64,000 bases of DNA from Nageia nagi (Eukaryota; Plantae; Pinophyta), in assembly GCA_050084985.1 (NCBI GenBank), contig JBITNC010000001.1:195548001-195612000 (forward strand). Direction: 5' to 3'. Positions 26,236 through 39,591 of this stretch are shown here, piece by piece (the stretch's first letter is position 1; every line of letters begins with the position of its first letter). Under the pieces are notes generated by a model that did not search any database, had not been told where the DNA came from, and worked only from the letters and a program-made list of their open reading frames with translations. A program made the position numbers and the translations under genes.

Positions 26236-27091
26236 TGTTTACAAATAAAATTGAGCATGCAAATAAATAAGTAGGTAAATATCTAAAAACCCAATATATT
26301 TGTATTCAAGCTACAGATAGCAATTTATACAAAATAATGAAAGAGATAATCAACTGTAGAAATAGAACAAGTATTTCAACAAATGATAAACTCAAAATTA
26401 TTTGCAAAACTTAGACTATACAATATATTAAGATACATCTATACGTAGTCAGGCATAAGATGACACCACCTATCAAGATAGAAGTTATATACCCACTTCA
26501 CAAAGTGTGCTCGAAATGAAGCTATTGACAAAGTCCTAGGATCCAATGTTGTCCACACCTAAAATCATGAAGCTAAAAAGTCATAGAAGAAGGCCACAGG
26601 TGGTGTTCATTGCACTGGATAGGAACACCAATGATCTATATTCATCCACAGAGGAGTGTCGGCGACCTTTGATAGGCTATGATCTGTCTCTAATGAGTCT
26701 ACACCTCCACTAAAATCTTAAGATGATCATAGTATGATTATTAGATAGGTCTCTCAATTCTTCAAAATGCTCGCAAGAAGGGGATACACAAAATTCAGCT
26801 TGATAGGCGGTGTCAAGAGACACCTTATAATATGATTGCCATTATCAAGACCATACACGGGATCATGTGTATCCTTGATGATGGACTTACTATTAGATCC
26901 CTTATTTATATAGGTAGTAGATAATATGATGCACTCCTTGAGTCGGCATGTACCTACATAAGCAAGAGAAACATAGTAAATAATGATATATATTAATGAA
27001 ATCCAAGATAACATTAATAACTAATTATAAGTGCAGGCAACTATTTTATAATGTATTAACAAATACATAAATCAAATTTTATGTGTTAAAA
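26236..27091 (-). repeat. 5' LTR of element B
   Basis: Same length as 19444-20299; differences are mostly C/T and G/A transitions. Confidence 0.95.
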
Positions 27092-30000
27092 GTGGAAATA
27101 TTTTGTGTTTTAATCACCTTATTTTAACCATTGAATTCTTTATTTCATCCTCCACATTGTTCCTCATTCAAATAGGCTATTTGAAGATTGTGGAGCAAAT
27201 ATCACTCTTGTTCCACTAGGTGGTCTTCATATTTTTGTATTAGTTTGGTTTCCACCTAGATTAGCTTTTTGTCTAAGTAAGCTCTTGTATTTGATACATC
27301 CACAAAAGATTCTTTATTCCATGCTCTTATTTTAAATTTTAAACATTTTAGTTTGGTGGAGAATTTATACATAGTTGTGCCATGTAGATAATCTTCATCC
27401 ATCCACCAATCTCTTACTTGGTCATAAAAAAACTCATGGTTTAGCAACATTTTTTGAAATCTAAAGGGAGAGGCCTTAACATTTGAGGGATGCATATTGG
27501 CCATTGGAACAAGCTAGTGATCTTATTTGTTGTAGGGAAGAATTTTAGTTTGGATTATGTGTTCCACTTATCACCACATTATTGTAACTAAAAAATGATC
27601 CATTTTTTCTAAAATGGATTGCTTCTCATGTATTTTATTAGACCAAGAATATTAGCCATTGATGTAAATAGGTTCAAAGAGATTTTGATAATCAATGAGA
27701 GAGTTAAAATCCTCTACACAAGAATCTAATTCCCTTATACGCCCCTATTTTTGGATAAGATTATGAATAGTATTAAATTCTCCTCCCAAAATGTGAGGGT
27801 ACTAGTCATGGTCACCTAGCCAACTAGCTAATTTATCCCAAAGGATTTTTTTGCTCTTTACTTTACAAGCCATAGATGTTTATCAACCCAAATATTTTAC
27901 CCATTGAGATGCATCTAGCTTTGATTACAATCCAAGAGGAGGTAAGGTGTTCTAAGGGGTAGTTGAGGTGTGTGTTGTCCCAGAATAGTGCAAACGTCTA
28001 GATTGGTTGAAAGTTGGACTTGAAATAAAGGAAATATGATGCCAAAATTTTATTTTGAGGAGAGTGAAATGCTTGTTGGAAGATTTGGTTTTTTGTAGCA
28101 TGAGAATTGATGGTTTTGCTTTACAACTAACAATTTTTCCATTCCTAGTGTCCTAGGGGAATGGAGGCCCCTCTTATTCCAAGTGATGTACTTCATTGGG
28201 ACACCTTTTGGAGCTTTTTAGTGTCCAAAAGCATGTATAACTAAGCCTAAGAACCTTCTTCAAGCTCTTCCCTAGTTAGTTACTGGAGGGTAGTCTACAT
28301 TATTTTTCTTCCTTTTTTATTTTGAATTCTTGAATTCAAAGCCTTCAAGGTATTGGTGGTTTGCTTTAGATGAGGAATTGATTTGTTATAACTATAAGAT
28401 TTGTGAGACCCATTTGTGGGTTTTTGTTGGGGATTCATACCAATTAGATTAATCATAGGTACCTCTTCCATGTTTTGGTCTATTTCATATAAAGGGTGGT
28501 GTACTTTAAGGTGATTTTTTGGATGTGGTTCAACTATGTTGGTTTCTATCTTAGAGAAAAAGGGGTTATTAACATGAGGGAGTGAGATGAAGGTTTGGGT
28601 TTCAACCAAGTTCACTAATGAGTTAACTTTAGAGTTGGAAGAGGTTTGCTCATCTAGATCAACTATTGATTAAAGGATGTTGAATGGATTGGTATCATTT
28701 GAATTGTCCTAATTTGTATTGTGTTTAGAAATAATTAGAGGGAAATCAAATGGAGAGGGATGAGATTTATCTCCATTTTATCTACACTTTGGTTGTTGAA
28801 AGCCATCGAAAGTTTTTTCTAGCAATATCATTTAAGGAGTTGCATGAGGATAAAAATGAGCTAAATGGCCATATTATAAGTAGATATTGCACCTAAAAGG
28901 AATATTCTTATAATTAATTGGTTGGTCTCAATCCAAATTATCATCTACAAGGTTGATATGTAGTTGGATAGAAAGTGGGGAGCATAGATCTAAGTGAATG
29001 CATATTCTGGCATATGACATGGATTAAGACTCCAAGATTTAGTTACAAGTGAAAAGATACTCACCAATAGCATCCCTAATGAATTCAAACACCTCCTCAT
29101 ACCAAAAACTTGGGGTGAAGTTAACTATATAGACCCAAACTGATGTAACCATAGGTATTTCTTGACATGGTTTGAATCCTAGGTGCCAAGGCTTCATGAA
29201 TAAGCTGACTCTCCCATAGAACCAAGGCCCTCCTTGAAAAATAATGTCCCTATCCTCTTTAATTACAAAGGAGACCAAGAAATAGTCATTAGAGTAATGG
29301 ATTACTGTAGTATCTCCCTTGGTTTCCCATGTTCATTCTACCAAGGCATCTATAACTAGTGGTTGAATATGATATCCTAAGAATCAATAGATAAAACCCT
29401 ATTTTTTGAGTAGTTAAATGCCATTATTGATCATAACACTTCCAATTTCATCCAAAGCATGCCCTTTGAAGATTTTAGGCATCCTTTATCATTTTTATTT
29501 GGCTCTTTTAGGGTTCACCATATACTCCTAATGGTCTATTTTCTACCAATGGTTTATATGTCATTGGACCCCCATGTTCCTTACAACATCTCTGAATGAT
29601 TGTTTTGATTTATCTTGAGATGACTTTTTCCTAGCTTTAGTAAACTACATTCCAGAGTTTAGGAGGCAAGATGGACCCCCCATGTTAGTTTCCATTATCG
29701 AGCTTGATCAAGCTATGATAGGGTTTTAGAGTTTGTGCTCTTTCTTCTCTCACTTAGGATAATTTAGAATTTTTTTTTACAAATGTTGCTTTGCTACAAG
29801 ATACTTTAATGGACTAACTAGACTAACAACATATCTAGTGCAATATAAAAGATAATGCCTTAGTTATTTTGTAGAAAAAATAATACCAAAGTAAAGATTT
29901 TCCATAGGAGTATATCTTGTTTCATAAATAATAAGAGTTTTGCTAAGATAATATATTAATTTTTCTTTATTTTCATCAAATTTCTAATACAACATTGCCC

Positions 30001-33000
30001 ATAATGTATATAATGTTGTTGAGATATAAATATATGCTTCTTTTTCAAAATCCATAGGCACTAAAATAGGGGGATTGAGAAAATACTATTTTATATCTTC
30101 AAATGCTTTTTAACACTTATCATCCCATAGAAACTTGACATCCTTTATTAGTAAATGTGTAAATGGCCTACACGTATCCCCAAGTTGAAAAATGAACCTT
30201 CTTACCAAATTTATCTTCCCTTGAAGATTCCTTAACTACTTGAAATTTGTTGGAGTTGGCATAATCACTATTTATTTGACCTTCTTAGGATCCACTTCAA
30301 TACCTATTTTTGAGATCATGAAACTAAGCAATTTTCTTGAAGTAACATGAAAAGCATACTTTTGAGTTGTTAGTCTAAGCTTATACCTTTTAAGAATATA
30401 AAATGCCTCTTAAAGGAGCTCTAAATGGTCTTGTACTTGCTTTGATTTGACTAAGATATCATCAACATATACCTGTACTAATTTATGAATATGCTCATAG
30501 AACATAGACACCATTGCTCTTTAGTAAGTAGCACCTAATTTTCCAATCCAAAGGATATAACCTTCCAACAAAAATTCCCTCAAGGTGTAGTAAAAGTAAT
30601 CTTATGTTAATTAATTGGATTGATTAGAATTTGATTGTATCCCAAAAATCCATCCATAAAAGATAAAGTATCATGATCAACAATACTATCCACAATCATA
30701 TAAATATTTGGCAATGGAAAATCATATTTTGGACAAGCATTATTGATACCACAAAAATCAGTAAAAACTCTTATCTATCGAGTAGGTTTAGTAATAAGAA
30801 CAATGTTTGCCATCCATTTTGAATAATCTATTATTTTAATGAACCTAGCATTCAAATATTTTTTGATTTCTTTTCTAACTAATGATGCCTTAGAGGGATT
30901 CATCTTTCTTGGTTTCCATTTAATAGGCTTAGTTCCTTCCTTATGTGGTAAATTATGCATAACAAAAGAAGGATCTAAACCATTCATATCAATATGAGAC
31001 CATGCAAAATTCTTATGATTTCAATAAACTTATTTTTGTACCTTTCTTGTTAAGGTATTAGAAGGCATCTCCAACCTTTATCAACTTCTCTTTATCACTT
31101 GCTCCATTGTTGACATCTGCTAATTCTTCATTTGGAATGCCAACTCATCTTTTTTCTATAGCAATGAAGTAACTCTTCCAATCCCTGAATGTCATCTATA
31201 TTCTCATCTTCTTATTGAACCTGAAATACATAATTAAAATTCATCTCTTGTCCAAAATACCTATACTCACTATGAATGTAGCTTGTTTTCCTTTTTCCAT
31301 TTGACTTAGGCAATTCTAAATGTTGTCCCATGTATTCTAAGATATCATCATCAATATTAAAGTAGTCAAACTCAAGTGGTATAGTATCATCAAGCCATAA
31401 ATCCTCATTAATATCATCAAAAAGCTCAATCAATAATGTATTCTTTAATAAATTTGAAAGGTCCATTAATGTTTTTTGTATTTTGATCACTAACCAATCT
31501 ATTCTTAGTTTTCTAAGCTCCTAAAGCAGTAGAAAAAGAATACATGCCCTATTTTGATTTTCCTAAACCCTCTCCTTTATACTTACAATTTTCTATCATG
31601 TATTTATGTACAAAAGGAGGTGGAAAAATTTTATTTGTTATGTTTCTCATTTGATCCTTCATTGAGGTAATTGGGTTAGGGGATACTATTATAATAGAGG
31701 AAAAACCACCATCATCTTCATTGTTTTCATGTTGTTGATAGCATTTAGACAATATTTCATGCCATTGATGGCCTTTTCCATTGATTATTTTCAATCATCC
31801 CAAATCTTTGATGAACATTAACGGATCAAAGTTCTCAATTCTATATGTTCCCATTCTATATTTTTCTACTTTTATCACTACATAAGGCATATGATTTAGG
31901 ATCCCCTATTATTGTATGTACCTCACCTTGATATTCAAATTTCAACTTGCCATGTACTATTGATGGTACTACATCCATATCATGAAGCCAAGGTTTTCCT
32001 AACAATATGCTATAAAATAATTTAGAATCCACAACCTAAAATCAAGTTTTAGCTATTTTGACTCCTATCATGACCAAAATTGTAGCTATTATAGGTGGCT
32101 ATTTTGAGAAGATATCATATGCTCTAGTTTAGAATGTGGCTTCTTCTAAAGGAGGTATTTTTACACCTTTCTCTTGAAGTTGTATAAAAACTTTATAAGA
32201 ACACATATTGATAATTGATCATTATCTACCATTATTCTTTTTTATTTCCCATACATCTATCGTGGGTTTGATGTATGAGGCTAAACACTCAACAAGAAAT
32301 TATTCACTAAGTTTTTTAGACCTATAAAATGTAATTTCATCACATTCCTTAATAGACATAAGTTTTTTAAAAAATATACTAGCAATCATATTGGCAAGAA
32401 TAATTTCATTTTTGAACAAAGCATACAATATTTCTCTATATTTTTTAGATATAGATATGAGATCATATAAGATAATCTTAGTGGGAGTAGTTTTCAATTG
32501 CTCAATCATGCTATAAGCTTTAAGATTAGGTGGGAAACTTACTTGTTCAATAGTAACAAGATTTGGAATGTACCTTAGATGTCCCCTTCTTAACGTAGAA
32601 CAAATATTTTTATCCATTGAAATTGTGTTTACTGAAACCTCTAGATCTAAAGCATTCTAACTAATTTTAATTTTCCCTATGCAATAAGATCCAAAATTTT
32701 AGCTTTTAATATTTTACAAATATTTGTAGAATGACCTCTTATTTGATGATAAGCATAATAAGCTTCATAATTTCCCATTAAGATGCTATCATCTTCTACT
32801 TGTATAGCTAATGGCTATAATAAACCTTTCTTCATCAAATCTCTTAAACTAAGCCTTGGCTAAATTGGAAATGTAAACCTTCTTTCTCTTGTATTTGATC
32901 TTGCTAACATACTGGGAGTTGTAGGTGCAGGTGCATCAATCATATTTACTTTCTTTTCCTCCTTCTTTGTGTATGTCTTACAATTCACCTTATTGTAAGG

Positions 33001-33819
33001 AGTATATATATACTTGAGATATACTATCTCAAGAAATACATTTTGTTTTTCTAATAATTCTTTTACCAATACCCCAATTCCAATACCTTTCTCAGTTGAA
33101 GTATACAAATTAATAATTGGTGATATAGAATATTTGAATATACCAAAAATTTCATTCTCATATAACTTGCTATGGATAGATTGCCACACCTTTTTTGAAT
33201 CTCATAATATACTTATTGAGGTTCCATTACTTCCTTGGTGAAGGGTACATAATTTTGTGATGGTTCCTTGCTCTTTGATATTATGCTTGTATTGATTTGT
33301 GAATGATTGTACCAATGACTTGAATGAATCTATGTATCCTACTTGTAAATTGTACAACCATTGGTTGATGTCACCTTTCAAACTCTTTGAAAAATCACTC
33401 CTCCTAAAATCTAATAAGATGTTGCTTTGGATCCTGATTGCCACTAAACATATTGAACTTAGGGGCCTTATGATTAGGTGGTAGGGGATAATTATGGATA
33501 TCATTTGATAAGGATGTGGTGATGCTACCATCATAATTTTTCTCTTTTTTTTGGGATCTCTTATAAGTCTCAAGATTGATTAGCCTTACAGGAATTTCTA
33601 TATCTATAGCTAACTATGAATTATGCATCACATCCACTTATCTAGACATATCTTGTATTGTATTGGCTAAGTTTGTTACAATTTTCTCTATTTTTCACAT
33701 TGCTAAAAATGTAAAAAAAATAGACCTTACAAACCTTTAAAAATGTCAACTCTTCATAAAAATCTTATGAGATCTCATTGGTAAGGCAATATGAATTGAA
33801 ATAGTCATGTTTACCAAAA

Positions 33820-34437
33820 TGTAGACTTCAAATAATACATAAATAATAAATTGAAGCATTATTTCTTCACAATATAATATTGAAGCATATATCATAAATA
33901 TATCATTAAATAAACATAAATGATGTTCCTTCATTATATTCATATCAATATGAAATAATAGAGATCATGCATAAATTACAACATACCACAAAATATGAAC
34001 ATCATTAACAACCTAAGAGTACCATGTCATTAATGGCCTAAAATATGTAGATCCATAAGCAAAAATCAAAATGCATAATATAAGATGAAGGGTATAGCAA
34101 ATATATGAATGGGTGGTGTTACAAAACACCTTTTTTGGTTGGGTAAAAAGATATTACATGTTTTGATCTTTTCTTTGGCTTTCTATCAATGAGAGATTGT
34201 GATTCCTTTGATATTATTTTATAGCAATGTTTTCATCCTATTTGATTCTTAAGATCATTGCATATTACATTATTTATGAAATCTTTCTTGATATTTGATA
34301 CCTCTTGTATTATACAATGGTCCATTACATTGATTGCATTTCCTTTGGTATATTTTAATCCTTTTTTTCAATAAATATTCCTTGATACTATAAAATGAAT
34401 TATTTAATACAAGCAAATTCATTTTTAGGCATCTATA
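33820..34437 (-). repeat. 5' LTR of element A
   Basis: Aligns to 14197-14756 with extra internal segments; adjacent PBS. Confidence 0.88.
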
Positions 34438-35950
34438 AATAACATTCATTCATAAATTAAAATAACTATGTGAAGGAGATTTTATTATCTTGTAATTTAA
34501 TGTTGAATGATTCTAGCTTATTATCATATAATAAATAACAAAATTACAACAATAATACTCTTATCAAATAATGTAGTCAAATAATGAACAATGAATTCTT
34601 TAACTAAAATTTATTACAACTTTATGGATAAAATCCTACAACAAGCTAGATAATAACTTGATTATAGTGTATGGACATGGTCGTAGTGGCCACTCAAAGA
34701 TTGATTTCTCCTAAAAAATGAATAAAAAGCACATAAGAATTTCTAAAATGGTATAATATAATGTCAAAAAGAATAAACAAAATACAAATGATACAAGATA
34801 ATATCTTTTCTTAGTATAATTGGTCAAGGATGAAAGGATCATTTCCACCTTACTTCTTCCTTTTTAATAATATTTTTTAGGTAGGAAGCTCCCTTTATTG
34901 AAGATGCCATTCCTAATCATGATAGGGTGAAGGAACATACTTTATTTGAGTATGAACTTGTAAACATTTTGTAATTTGGCTAATTATCCATAACAAATTC
35001 TAATCTTCTATTATTTTATATCTTCAAACTAATGTCAATTATGATTTTGTATTCATATCTAATTTAGATCTATTGTTGATACATGATCAATCATGTCTTT
35101 AAAAGCTATAGATTTGTAACTATCTTTATGCATCTTGCCTCTTTTTAAATTTTTGACAACAATTTGAGAAATAGTAAAAATCATAGATTAATCATCATTG
35201 ATGATATTTGTAAACTTCAACATATATATTTTTCTTCATATTATTATACCCAAACTAAACAAATGTAATGATACCACATGGAAGGTATAGATTTGATATT
35301 AATATGTTGGCATGGCATTTGGCATTATTGGATAAAATATGAGAAATTTTGAGTGAGATATGGTATTGTTCTTGAAACTTGATTCACATTTATCTCTTTC
35401 TCAAGTATTTTAAAGTTGACTATTGATGTCATCACTAAACATAAATAAGAAGTGATATGTTTAACAATGGTCAAGTCTTAAAATATCTTTGTTGATTTCA
35501 CTTTATATGGAACTATGGTAATAAGATTTAAACTAGGCAAAAAGTAGATGTTGAAATCATATTCATTATTGCTTTAGTCCTTGTTGTTTCCTTTACTATG
35601 AGTGTGACTGAAGTTATATAAGCATGGAACACTATATGAAAAATATTTTTGTCCTTTTTTCATTTCTTTCCTAGGCCAATATTAGAAATAAGATGATGCA
35701 AGCACTCGCTAGGTCCAACAATAAGTATTATTGAATTTATCTAACACCCAATTTAAAATGGCTAAGTGTATGATGATGTCATATCCCCTTTTCCACTTGG
35801 ATTTGCTTAGTTCTTAAATAAAATTTTAAAAGTACCCAAATAAGATCTAGATTTATATTACCTTTTATATTTTTGCCTCAATATATTTCCTTATTTTATT
35901 TGACCTACTTGTTGATATCATCATGAAAATTACCAGACATGGTATATATT
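34438..35950 (-). mobile_element. Possible very decayed hAT transposase relic that continues at ~13600-14196 on the other side of element A
   Basis: Minus-strand HTL*SSYYL (~34670-34640) resembles hAT PLHAAxYYLNP. ERC*MLSYV (~14110-14080) resembles the dimerisation-domain tail. Both motifs are weak. Confidence 0.3.
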
Positions 35951-36049
35951 CTTGTAACTTGAAAATTAATTAAGTATGAACTAATCCTTACTTAGTTGGA
36001 TGAATTATACAAGGCATGGAATAACTTATGGTGAATAATTGGAGTCTTA

Positions 36050-38325
36050 TTAGTGAACTATGATAAGAAATGGAATTTTAGAGGTGTGAATAGCTAGACA
36101 TAAAATGGATAGAATAGTCAAGAAATTTTTAAAAAAAGAGATTAAATGTTAGAATTTCTTAATAAAATTTAAAATTACAACATTGGCTCTATTTGGGATA
36201 ATAGATGAATTGTAAGATAAAACTATTAAGACAACCAACTATATCTAGTATACAAAAATGAATTTAAATAAAAAGAAAACTTTAGAAATTAGTAATAACT
36301 AAAAAAATAGAGATAGTGTACATAATGTTACATGCAAATTATTTGATGTAAAGATACCTCAATAAACCTTAATTGGATAATATTAATTTTCTTCAAGTGT
36401 TTCTCATTCATTAGAATTTAGAATTCATCTCCTTCTACTATCAAATAGTCTAAAAGTATGCTTCCCAACATTTAGGATAATTTGATATGGTCGTAGCCAG
36501 TTTGCATCTCATTTATTTTTCTTTCTATGTTGCTCATTTTTAGGCTCCTATAATAACACAATATCTCCATTATATAGAGGTTTACCATTAGTCATTATAT
36601 TAAAACTATCTACAATTTTTATAGCTTTCTATAAGAGATTAATAAATGCATCTCTACTTTCTTCTTATAGTTACACAAGCTCATTTAATCTTTCTTATAA
36701 AGATTCTTTGTTTTCTAATTTTGTATTGAGCAATTACAAGACTTACTTCTCCAAATATTATAATAATAATCCTTTATATCTATATACAAACTCATAGGGT
36801 GATTTCCTGGTACTATACTTTGGAGTAATTCTATCTACACATAATGCATATTTTATCTTTGATTTTCAACTCCATTGATTCTTTCTCGTATATCTTTTTG
36901 TTCTTGTGAAAAAATAATTATTTGAGTATTCTACTAATCCATGTACTTAAAGGTAATAATTTGCTAAGTGTGATAATTTAATAACATATTTAGATTAAAA
37001 CTTGATCATCTCAATTGATGTAAAGTATACACCATTATTTGTAATTTCTTGGACACTCCAAATCTTGTGATTATAAATTCCTTAAAGGATTTAATCATTG
37101 TTTATATGGTAAAGCTTCTTAATTTGTTTCTTCAATCCATTTAATAAAATAATATGTTTTTTTGATGATCCACTTATATCCTAGAGAAGGATCTGGGTTA
37201 CTTTCCCCAATCAAATCAAGATCCCATTACAAAAATGGTGTTTCTACTATTACATATTTCAATGGCATAGATGCTAGTTTTTACTTCCCTATAAATATTT
37301 ATCATTTATGGAATATTATATGGTATTCATATCATGAACCAAACAAAAATGGGTGATACAATCCAACCATAAATATTTTATGCATTTTTATCCTTATGCA
37401 TAATGTCATCCACATAGATGTTCATGATATTCATAGAGTATTGGATTTATCTTTATTTATTGAATACAACTAAAAAGAATTCCTTATGTATGCCTCCAAT
37501 ATAGCTAATAATACTTGATGATATGTTTTCCATATTATTGCTTCAAGGATCTTTTTTGTATCTTGGAATAATTTTTTAGGAATTGAAAGGTCTCTAGATA
37601 TTGTCATATGTCTACATACCATCTTGAAAAAATAATATGATCAATGTTATGCATCATATGATTATTTATATGGTTGGATACATTTATCTCCTCTATCACA
37701 ATATTACCTAAACATTTAGCTAATCCTTGATATTTTATGATCTTGGTTATATAAAATTCTACAATATGATGAAGCAATATGTTTATCCATCTTGTTAGTC
37801 TTCCATATGGTTTAGCTTGTGTTAATACATCTTTAATTATGATAAAAAGAATTTGAATATTTACCTACTTTGATCCAAATATTGGCTTAACATATTATAG
37901 AGCCTTAATTATAGTAAATTCATTTTTCTTTATCAAAGTATAATCAAGCTTTACATCTTTTTCTTCACCTTTTTGAGAAAAAATTACAACAACTATATTT
38001 TTTTAATCTTAAGAAAACAAGTTGAAGGGATTTGATTGATCTATACTAATAAAAGTAAGGTTGTCAATATATAATTACCCATTTGATTTCTTCAAAGGCT
38101 CTCATATTTTCTTCAATCTACTTTACTTTCTCATTCATCTTTATCATTTTGTTTATAGAAGCTAAAATTTTTGTAAAATTTGGCCTAAATCTTTTGAAAA
38201 AGTTAATTTTTCCAAAGAAATGTTTAACTACTTTCAAATTCTTTAGTGGTTGTATTTCAACAATGGATTTTACTCTTTCTGGGTCTATTATTATGTCTTA
38301 TTTATAAGCTGTGTGTCCTAATAAT
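36050..38325 (-). mobile_element. Truncated Ty3/gypsy pol fragment (RT C-terminus, RH, INT), Tat/Athila-like, no aRH visible
   Basis: KLLGH at ~38320; FFGKINFFKRFRPNF at ~38200; WDLDLIGESNPDPSLGYKWII at ~37225-37165; HGLVEYSN at ~36940. The left boundary is approximate. Confidence 0.7.
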
Positions 38326-38873
38326 TTTTTTATTATTTATTTTACTAGATGTAGCTCATAATAAATGAACCAAGATAAATTTTTGGTGTCTTTATTTGTA
38401 TATATGAATGCTTCATGTTATTTACTATTTTGTTCAATATTTTATGGAATTCACATATGTTTGTTAAAGTTTACATAGGAGAAAAAGTATAAATTATATA
38501 TTTGTACTTGATGATATGTAGGATAACATAACTTACATAGATTTATAGATCATGTAGTATTATAGTTGAGTTGATAAGTTATTTTAAGGATTATGGATGC
38601 AAGGTAAAAGACCTCAAAGGCTCAAGTTGTTTCCTATTGATTAAAAAATTGGTAGAAGACTTAGAACCATGGAAGGAGAAGAGGAAAGATAAGAAAAAGC
38701 TAGAATGTATAACATATATTTTGAGAGGAAATTTGTTACAATTGAGAACAATATGGCTAGGCTCATGGACTTACTATAAATAAGATTATCCAAAGAATAA
38801 CCTAGACCACTTGAGTTATATGGAATAAGTTGAATTCCATCATTCAAGGTAGAGGCCAAAGTTGAATTCCTAC

Positions 38874-39591
38874 AGTTATAACCAAAATAATAATAATTAG
38901 GATTATTTATATAATATTAAATTCACTAATTAGCTATGAAATAACAAGAAATTGATGACATGAAAGATTATAATGACCTAATTTACCTTGACCTATCAAA
39001 ACTAGATTTATGAAAGATACAAACATGTACTTTAACTATGAAAATGGATGGGGGAAAAATCCAATTGAAAGAGGATGAATGATGATCTTCTTTGAAAGAC
39101 AAAGCCATGAATCCAACCTTAACTCAGAGTCAGTATTAGGAACCCAATGAAGTCTCTCAGTTACCAATCTAGAATACCTCACCCTTTCACTTGAAGTCAT
39201 CATCCCACCTTCAATGTACAAAATCTTGCTCATGAGTGGATGAAATATTGTAGGAATGCAAAGCTTAGAGTATAAAAAAATCTAGTGATGATGAGTGGAA
39301 TTAAGAAACATTAATCAGTAATGATACAAGTATATCACCACTTATTAAGGATTCATGATTATATCATGCCATATCATATCTTTGGTCATGCACAACCCCT
39401 CCATATTTATAAGTAATAGGTCTAGTTATAAGTATCCTCCTTAGGCTTATTATGATGTTGAGTTGATCTGTTATCATAAAATATAAAGGTAGATAAGAGT
39501 TCACATAGAAAAGAAAATTTATTTCATAAATTATTTTGAATATCTAAAAGGTTATTTTAATTGAATTAAAATTCCTTTTTAGATGTTAACA
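38874..39591 (-). repeat. 3' LTR of element D
   Basis: Aligns to 43607-44290; adjacent PPT. Confidence 0.9.

Larger units (their letters stand above)
19444..27091 (-). mobile_element. Tat-group Ty3/gypsy LTR retrotransposon B (gag-PR-partial RT-RH-aRH-INT), the best-preserved insertion in the window
   Basis: 856-bp LTRs at 19444-20299 and 26236-27091; TSD ATGGA/GTGGA. PPT complement GATGCCCCACTTTG at 20300. PR motif LIDGGVALN; RT motifs MPFGLKNAGATYQRAM and YVDDIL; aRH WKLYFDGS...EYEALILGL...YGDS; INT HGGACGGH...CEQC, WAMDFMG, MDNGANF, WVGPY. Confidence 0.95.
16221..29778 (-). mobile_element. Near full-length degenerate L1-type LINE (ORF1 DUF4283/zinc knuckle; ORF2 APE-RT-zf) inserted in the RNase H of element A and itself split by element B
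   Basis: ORF1 motif GGPWFYGRVSLFMKPW...VWV (29039-29278). ORF2 start MKYITWN at ~28196; PFRFQKM (27256-27504). GD*NTKYFH is split by element B. RT motifs *QGDPL (~18710) and FVDDILL (~18510); VWTIWLERN at ~17050. TSD ACAAATGTT(A/G).. at 16208 and 29779; the element A frame KQHL-LGRVAK resumes across it. Confidence 0.85.
14197..34437 (-). mobile_element. Tat-group Ty3/gypsy LTR retrotransposon A (gag-PR-RT-RH-aRH-INT remnants), interrupted by a LINE
   Basis: LTRs 14197-14756 and 33820-34437 (TGTAGAC...GTCTACA/ATCTATA); TSD AATGA/AATAA. PPT complement TTTTGCCCCTCTTTGG at 14757; degenerate tRNA-Trp PBS at 33804-33816. RT ~31020-30300 (MDGFLGYNQI, YVDDIL). aRH ORF 15472-15816 (AEYEALILGL...YGDSQLVVNQV). 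Confidence 0.88.
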
